This document shows positions 60,052 to 64,000 of a stretch of DNA of 64,000 nucleotides, piece by piece. This stretch comes from Candidatus Latescibacterota bacterium (GTDB lineage Bacteria; Latescibacterota; CBDEFO01). The position numbers and the translations under genes are program-made. Each line of letters opens with the position of its first letter. Within the stretch, counting starts at the first letter, position 1. The notes beneath the pieces were generated by a model. It saw nothing but the letters and a program-made list of their open reading frames with translations. It did not search any database and was not told where the DNA came from. The DNA is taken from positions 448,001 to 512,000 of the forward strand of contig CBDEFO010000007.1 in assembly GCA_965237525.1 (NCBI GenBank). Reading direction: 5' to 3'.

Positions 60052-60169
60052 CAAGAGACAGGTGCGATCGCATCAGGAGGTTCACCCGTCGGAATGACTG
60101 AGGGGCAAAGCCAAGAGACTGAACGGGACAAATTAACCGTCGTTGCAGCCAGATCGAGGCAATCTCTTG
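60052..60169. ncRNA. Candidate structured RNA between nadC and birA
   Basis: Nested pairings CAAGAGA/TCTCTTG, CGATC/GATCG, GGTT/AACC, CCCGT/ACGGG. Confidence 0.35.
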
Positions 60170-60172
60170 GAC

Positions 60173-60211
60173 AGTAGATGAAGGGGGAAGGTTCCCCTTT
60201 GATCGTCTACT
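60173..60211. terminator. Hairpin following the candidate RNA
   Basis: AGTAGA..AAGGGGGAA GG TTCCCCTTT..TCTACT. Confidence 0.35.
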
Positions 60212-60233
60212 TGTGTATATTGCAGGGAGTCCA

Positions 60234-61208
60234 GTGGATAGCATAAGCAGGGACATACTTCAGGTTCTGCGTGAAAGGAGGGGGGAGCATCTATCCGGTG
60301 GCGAGTTGTCCGCGGAAATTAAGGCAAATACCGTGGATGTGCAGGACGAAATAGCTCGTCTCCTTTGCGCGGGATATAATATTGAGATACACCCGATTTT
60401 AGGATATAAACTCCTTTCTGCACCTGATGTTTTATCTGACGTTGAGATAGCTAATAGTCTGTCTACTAATAGATTAGGTAGGACGATCTATTCGTATAAT
60501 GAGATTGGCTCTACAAATGATGTGGCTTTGAGATTAGGAAGAGAGGGTGCAGAAGATGGGACGTTAGTTGTAGCGGAAAGCCAGGCCGCAGGAAGAGGGC
60601 GTCTCGGAAGAGAATGGCATTCGCCCGGAAACTTGGGAATATGGATGTCATTGATTTTAAGGCCGAAGATTAAGGCGGCAAAGAGTATGAGAATTACGAT
60701 GCTATCAGGCATCGCCGTAGCATGTGCGGTGCGAGAAATTTCAGGGCTTTCTGCTAAGTTGAAGTGGCCAAATGACGTTTTGACAAATGGCAGAAAGGTA
60801 GCAGGGATCTTGACGGAGACTAGGCTGGACGGCGAAAGGCTTGATTTCGCTGTGGTTGGAATAGGTCTCAACGTGAATCATAAAACAGATGATTTCCCGG
60901 ATTATCTCAAGGGTAAAGCCACCTCACTTTTTATTGAATCGGGCCGGTCATACAAAAGGGCGGAATTAGTTGGGAGGATATTGACGGAGATGGAAAGGGA
61001 AGGCCATGATTTAGAGTATGGCGAGAGGATATTGGAAAGATGGAGAGGGTTCTCAGATACTTTGAGCAGGAGAATCAGAATAAGTGAAGGTGATAGGATT
61101 ATAGAAGGCGTAGCTGTCGCCGTGGACGTGGACGGCGCGCTGATTGTGGAAGGGGATAAGGGATTGCAGCAGCACTTTTTAGCAGGAGAAATTGAATATG
61201 TGGAGTAA
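60234..61208 (+). CDS. birA: Bifunctional biotin ligase/repressor
   Basis: N-terminal HTH, STND, QAAGRGRLGREW, KWPND and KVAGIL motifs. Confidence 0.95.
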   Translation: MDSISRDILQVLRERRGEHLSGGELSAEIKANTVDVQDEIARLLCAGYNIEIHPILGYKLLSAPDVLSDVEIANSLSTNRLGRTIYSYNEIGSTNDVALRLGREGAEDGTLVVAESQAAGRGRLGREWHSPGNLGIWMSLILRPKIKAAKSMRITMLSGIAVACAVREISGLSAKLKWPNDVLTNGRKVAGILTETRLDGERLDFAVVGIGLNVNHKTDDFPDYLKGKATSLFIESGRSYKRAELVGRILTEMEREGHDLEYGERILERWRGFSDTLSRRIRISEGDRIIEGVAVAVDVDGALIVEGDKGLQQHFLAGEIEYVE

Positions 61209-61256
61209 CAGCAAGGGCGCTGTTGACCCACCCCTACATTTGGTGATATGTAGAAG

Positions 61257-62177
61257 ATGACAATTGATGTCGGAAGAGAATTAAGGGAAAGGTGCAGAGG
61301 GGAGGTACGCAGGGATGAGATGCTTTCGAGTCATACGTCTTTGCGGATCGGGGGACCCGCGGACTTTATGCTCTATCCGGCTCGCGTGGAGGATATTGTG
61401 GGGGCCTTGACGCTTACAAGGAATGAAGGGGTTCGGGTTATGACCATAGGAGGTGGGACGAATCTGCTATTTGCAGAGAGCGGGTTTAGAGGTCTGATTA
61501 TTAACATGAGAAGATCTGTCTCCGATGTGTCCTTTGACGAATCCATAGCTAAAGCTGGAGCGGGAGGCAATCTGTCCCGATTTGCGGGAAAATGCGCTGA
61601 TGCAGGACTGGCAGGGCTGGAGTTTGCGTGGGATATTCCAGGGACTGTGGGAGGAGCTGTAAGGGGGAACGCCGGGGCGTTTGACAAGAGCATTTCTGAC
61701 AGGTTGATCGAGGTTGTGGGAATAGATATGAACTCTCTAGAGTCTACTGTGTTGAAGAAGGAGCACATAAGGTTTGAATACAGGAGCGCAGATTTTCCAA
61801 TAGACATAGTGATAACAGGGGCAACGTTCAAGTTGGATAGAGGGAACACTGAGCAGATAAGGGAGAGGATGGATGAGATGCTGGCGTACAGGAAGAGATC
61901 TCAGCCACTTTCGGACAGGAGCGCGGGGTGTATATTCAAGAACTATGGCGAAAATTCCGCAGGGATGTTAATAGATAAGGCGGGCTGTAAAGGCTTAAGA
62001 TTGGGCGATGCCTGTGTGTCGGACGTACACGGAAATTTTATTATCAACCAGCGCAGTGCAAGCTCTGATAACGTATTAAAGCTGATAGACATAGTAAGAG
62101 AGAAGGTAATGGACCTTTGTGGCGTCAGGTTGGAACTGGAAATACGGATTGTGGATGAGGAACGTATGGCTCCATAA
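61257..62177 (+). CDS. murB: UDP-N-acetylenolpyruvoylglucosamine reductase
   Basis: RIGGPA, GGGTNLL, IPGTVGGAV.GNAGA, SAGCIFKN, HGNFIIN and LELEI motifs. Confidence 0.96.
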   Translation: MTIDVGRELRERCRGEVRRDEMLSSHTSLRIGGPADFMLYPARVEDIVGALTLTRNEGVRVMTIGGGTNLLFAESGFRGLIINMRRSVSDVSFDESIAKAGAGGNLSRFAGKCADAGLAGLEFAWDIPGTVGGAVRGNAGAFDKSISDRLIEVVGIDMNSLESTVLKKEHIRFEYRSADFPIDIVITGATFKLDRGNTEQIRERMDEMLAYRKRSQPLSDRSAGCIFKNYGENSAGMLIDKAGCKGLRLGDACVSDVHGNFIINQRSASSDNVLKLIDIVREKVMDLCGVRLELEIRIVDEERMAP

Positions 62178-62207
62178 TCTGTAGTCGAAGACCAAAAGGA
62201 GGATTCT

Positions 62208-62600
62208 ATGGGGACGTATCTTGAACACACGGCTATTCCTGCAAAGGATACGAAGGCTCTGACCGAGTGGTACTGTGACCGTTTCGGGTTGAGAGTTGTG
62301 TACGAGGGAGAGGGAGAAAACCCCATCTATTTCGTCAAAGGTGAAAAGGGAAGTGCGGTTGAGATCATTCCTGCGGGCCAAGGGGATTACAGAATCCCCG
62401 ATTCGGTCGATAAGAATGTCAGACATTTGTCTTTCTGGGTGGACGATTTTGACCGGGAGATTGAGAGATTGAAGTCCGAAGGGATTGAGATGGAGGATGC
62501 GTTAACGCTTTTTGATGGAGATGTAAAGGTCTCCTTTGGAAACGACCCTGAGGGTAACAGGCTTCAGATCGTATGGAGAAGAACGCCTCTTCTGGGATAG
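62208..62600 (+). CDS. VOC/glyoxalase family protein
   Basis: LEHTAI, RHLSFWVDD and DPEGNRLQI motifs. Confidence 0.88.
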   Translation: MGTYLEHTAIPAKDTKALTEWYCDRFGLRVVYEGEGENPIYFVKGEKGSAVEIIPAGQGDYRIPDSVDKNVRHLSFWVDDFDREIERLKSEGIEMEDALTLFDGDVKVSFGNDPEGNRLQIVWRRTPLLG

Positions 62601-62635
62601 TAGCCCCCGATTGAGTCTATCGGGGATCGGGGCTA
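62601..62635. repeat. Short palindromic repeat, intergenic
   Basis: TAGCCCCCGATTGAGTCTATCGGGGATCGGGGCTA. Confidence 0.75.
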
Positions 62636-62773
62636 GACAGGGAAAGGTTAGCTACCCCCCTTATTAAGGGGGGATACAGGGGGGTGACACGAAGACACTA
62701 ATTTTGTGCATCTTTGTACCTTGGTGGCTGAAGAAGAGGAACCTTCGCCTTAACATAATGGGGATATAAGCTC

Positions 62774-64000
62774 ATGGATAGAATAACTCTTCCCATGTGT
62801 TCGTGGGAGGACAGGAACATGGACCTGGAGATGCCGTCGAATTGGAGTGTCAAGGTGCTGGAGTCGAGGGAATGTCCAGTATTGACAGATGATCAGATAA
62901 GGGAAAGGTTTGCGAAGTCTATCGGAACTTTGCCTATAAGGGAACTTGCAAAAGGAAAGAAGAGAGCCTGCATCTTGACGGACGATCTGAGCCGCCCTAC
63001 TCCCTCTTATAAGGTTCTTCCCTATATCCTGGAGGAGTTGAAGAAGGGAGGGATCGATGAGCGTAACATCCTTATCATAATGGCTTACGGATGTCATAGA
63101 CATATGACGCGGTCGGAGATGGAAAAGAAGCTCGGTACGGGAATCATGGGGAGGATCGAGGCGATATGTCACGATGCTCTGAACGATTTAGAGTTTTTGG
63201 GAGAACTTTCGAGAGGAACTCCGCTCTATGTTAATAAGTATGCGATGGAGTGCGATCTGAAGATCGGCCTTGGAGGGATATATCCGCACGCAGGGTCAGC
63301 CTGGGGAGGAGGGGCTAAGATCGTGCTGGCAGGGATCGCGGGGAGGGATAGCTGTGGACATAATCACATGAACCTGAAGGCGGGAGGTCTTGCCGGGGAT
63401 CTGGAGAATGAGTGGAGGATGGATATGGAGGAGGCCGCAGGAAGAGTGGGATTAGATGCAATCGCCAATGTGGTTTTGAACAAGAGGAAGGAGATAATAG
63501 GCCTCTTTGTGGGGGATTTCATCAGGGCTCACAGGGAGGGCGTGAAGTTTGCAAGTCGTGCGTGCGCCGTGCCCCGTCCAGAGGATGCCGACATTGTAAT
63601 CGCGAATAGTTACCCGATGGATTATCAACTGATATTTGTAGCCAAGGGAAGTTGGCCCGTCCACTATGCCAAGGAGGGCGGGACCAGGATATTGATCGGT
63701 GGATGTCCAGACGGAGTCGGCTATCACAGTCTGTTAAGACCCGGAGTTGCGACTACGAAGGTGGGCAAGCATATAGATGAGGCGGAGTTTATCCTCTATT
63801 CCCCGATAATAGGTCCAGCCGAGGCGTTCAGGGTCTATCCAGAGTGCGCTTTTTATAGTTCGTGGCATAAGTTGCTGGACGATCTGTACGAAAGATATGG
63901 GAATAGCGAAGTGGATGTGGCTGTGTATCCTTATGCTGCTATTCAGATTCCCGATAAGGTAGAAAAGAAGGTTATGACGTTCAGAAAGGAATTGCAGGAA
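62774..64000 (+). CDS. LarA-like nickel-pincer racemase/epimerase family protein (DUF2088); runs off the window end
   Basis: Manual translation: DDLSRPTP, AYGCHR, GTPLYVN, YPH..AWGGGAK, ADIVIAN.YP; no stop before the end. Confidence 0.85.
   Translation, partial: MDRITLPMCSWEDRNMDLEMPSNWSVKVLESRECPVLTDDQIRERFAKSIGTLPIRELAKGKKRACILTDDLSRPTPSYKVLPYILEELKKGGIDERNILIIMAYGCHRHMTRSEMEKKLGTGIMGRIEAICHDALNDLEFLGELSRGTPLYVNKYAMECDLKIGLGGIYPHAGSAWGGGAKIVLAGIAGRDSCGHNHMNLKAGGLAGDLENEWRMDMEEAAGRVGLDAIANVVLNKRKEIIGLFVGDFIRAHREGVKFASRACAVPRPEDADIVIANSYPMDYQLIFVAKGSWPVHYAKEGGTRILIGGCPDGVGYHSLLRPGVATTKVGKHIDEAEFILYSPIIGPAEAFRVYPECAFYSSWHKLLDDLYERYGNSEVDVAVYPYAAIQIPDKVEKKVMTFRKELQE

Noticed and set aside
60052..60169. 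SRP RNA or c-di-GMP riboswitch
   Set aside because: The compact SRP domain IV loop and the riboswitch GAAA/receptor spacing are absent; kept only as an unassigned candidate

Overview
Bacterial chromosomal window with an accessory region (about 1-57 kb) and a housekeeping block (uvrB, nadC, birA, murB, a VOC protein and a larA-like gene running off the right end). The dominant feature is a family of seven 850-1000 aa paralogues (G1-G7). Each has a GH123/DUF4091-like glycoside-hydrolase region fused to HEAT/PBS-lyase repeats; five are in tandem at 17-32 kb. They are recombinational mosaics with different N-terminal export signals, separated by a repeated spacer that carries a dead gene end. Other elements: two nearly identical copies of an unclassified DDE insertion sequence, one carrying a nested IS1182-like element; an integrase-less cluster of attC sites with low-GC cassettes (11-15 kb); an ECF sigma factor whose fused C-terminal domain was copied into a new secreted gene by tandem duplication; at least seven copies of a 21-bp palindrome (CCCCGATTGAATCTATCGGGG) with copy-specific inverted arms, two of them in frame inside genes; a MITE-like element; a candidate structured RNA between nadC and birA; and several pseudogenes. 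No rRNA, tRNA or CRISPR array was recognised. All family assignments come from reading motifs by eye, not from database searches.
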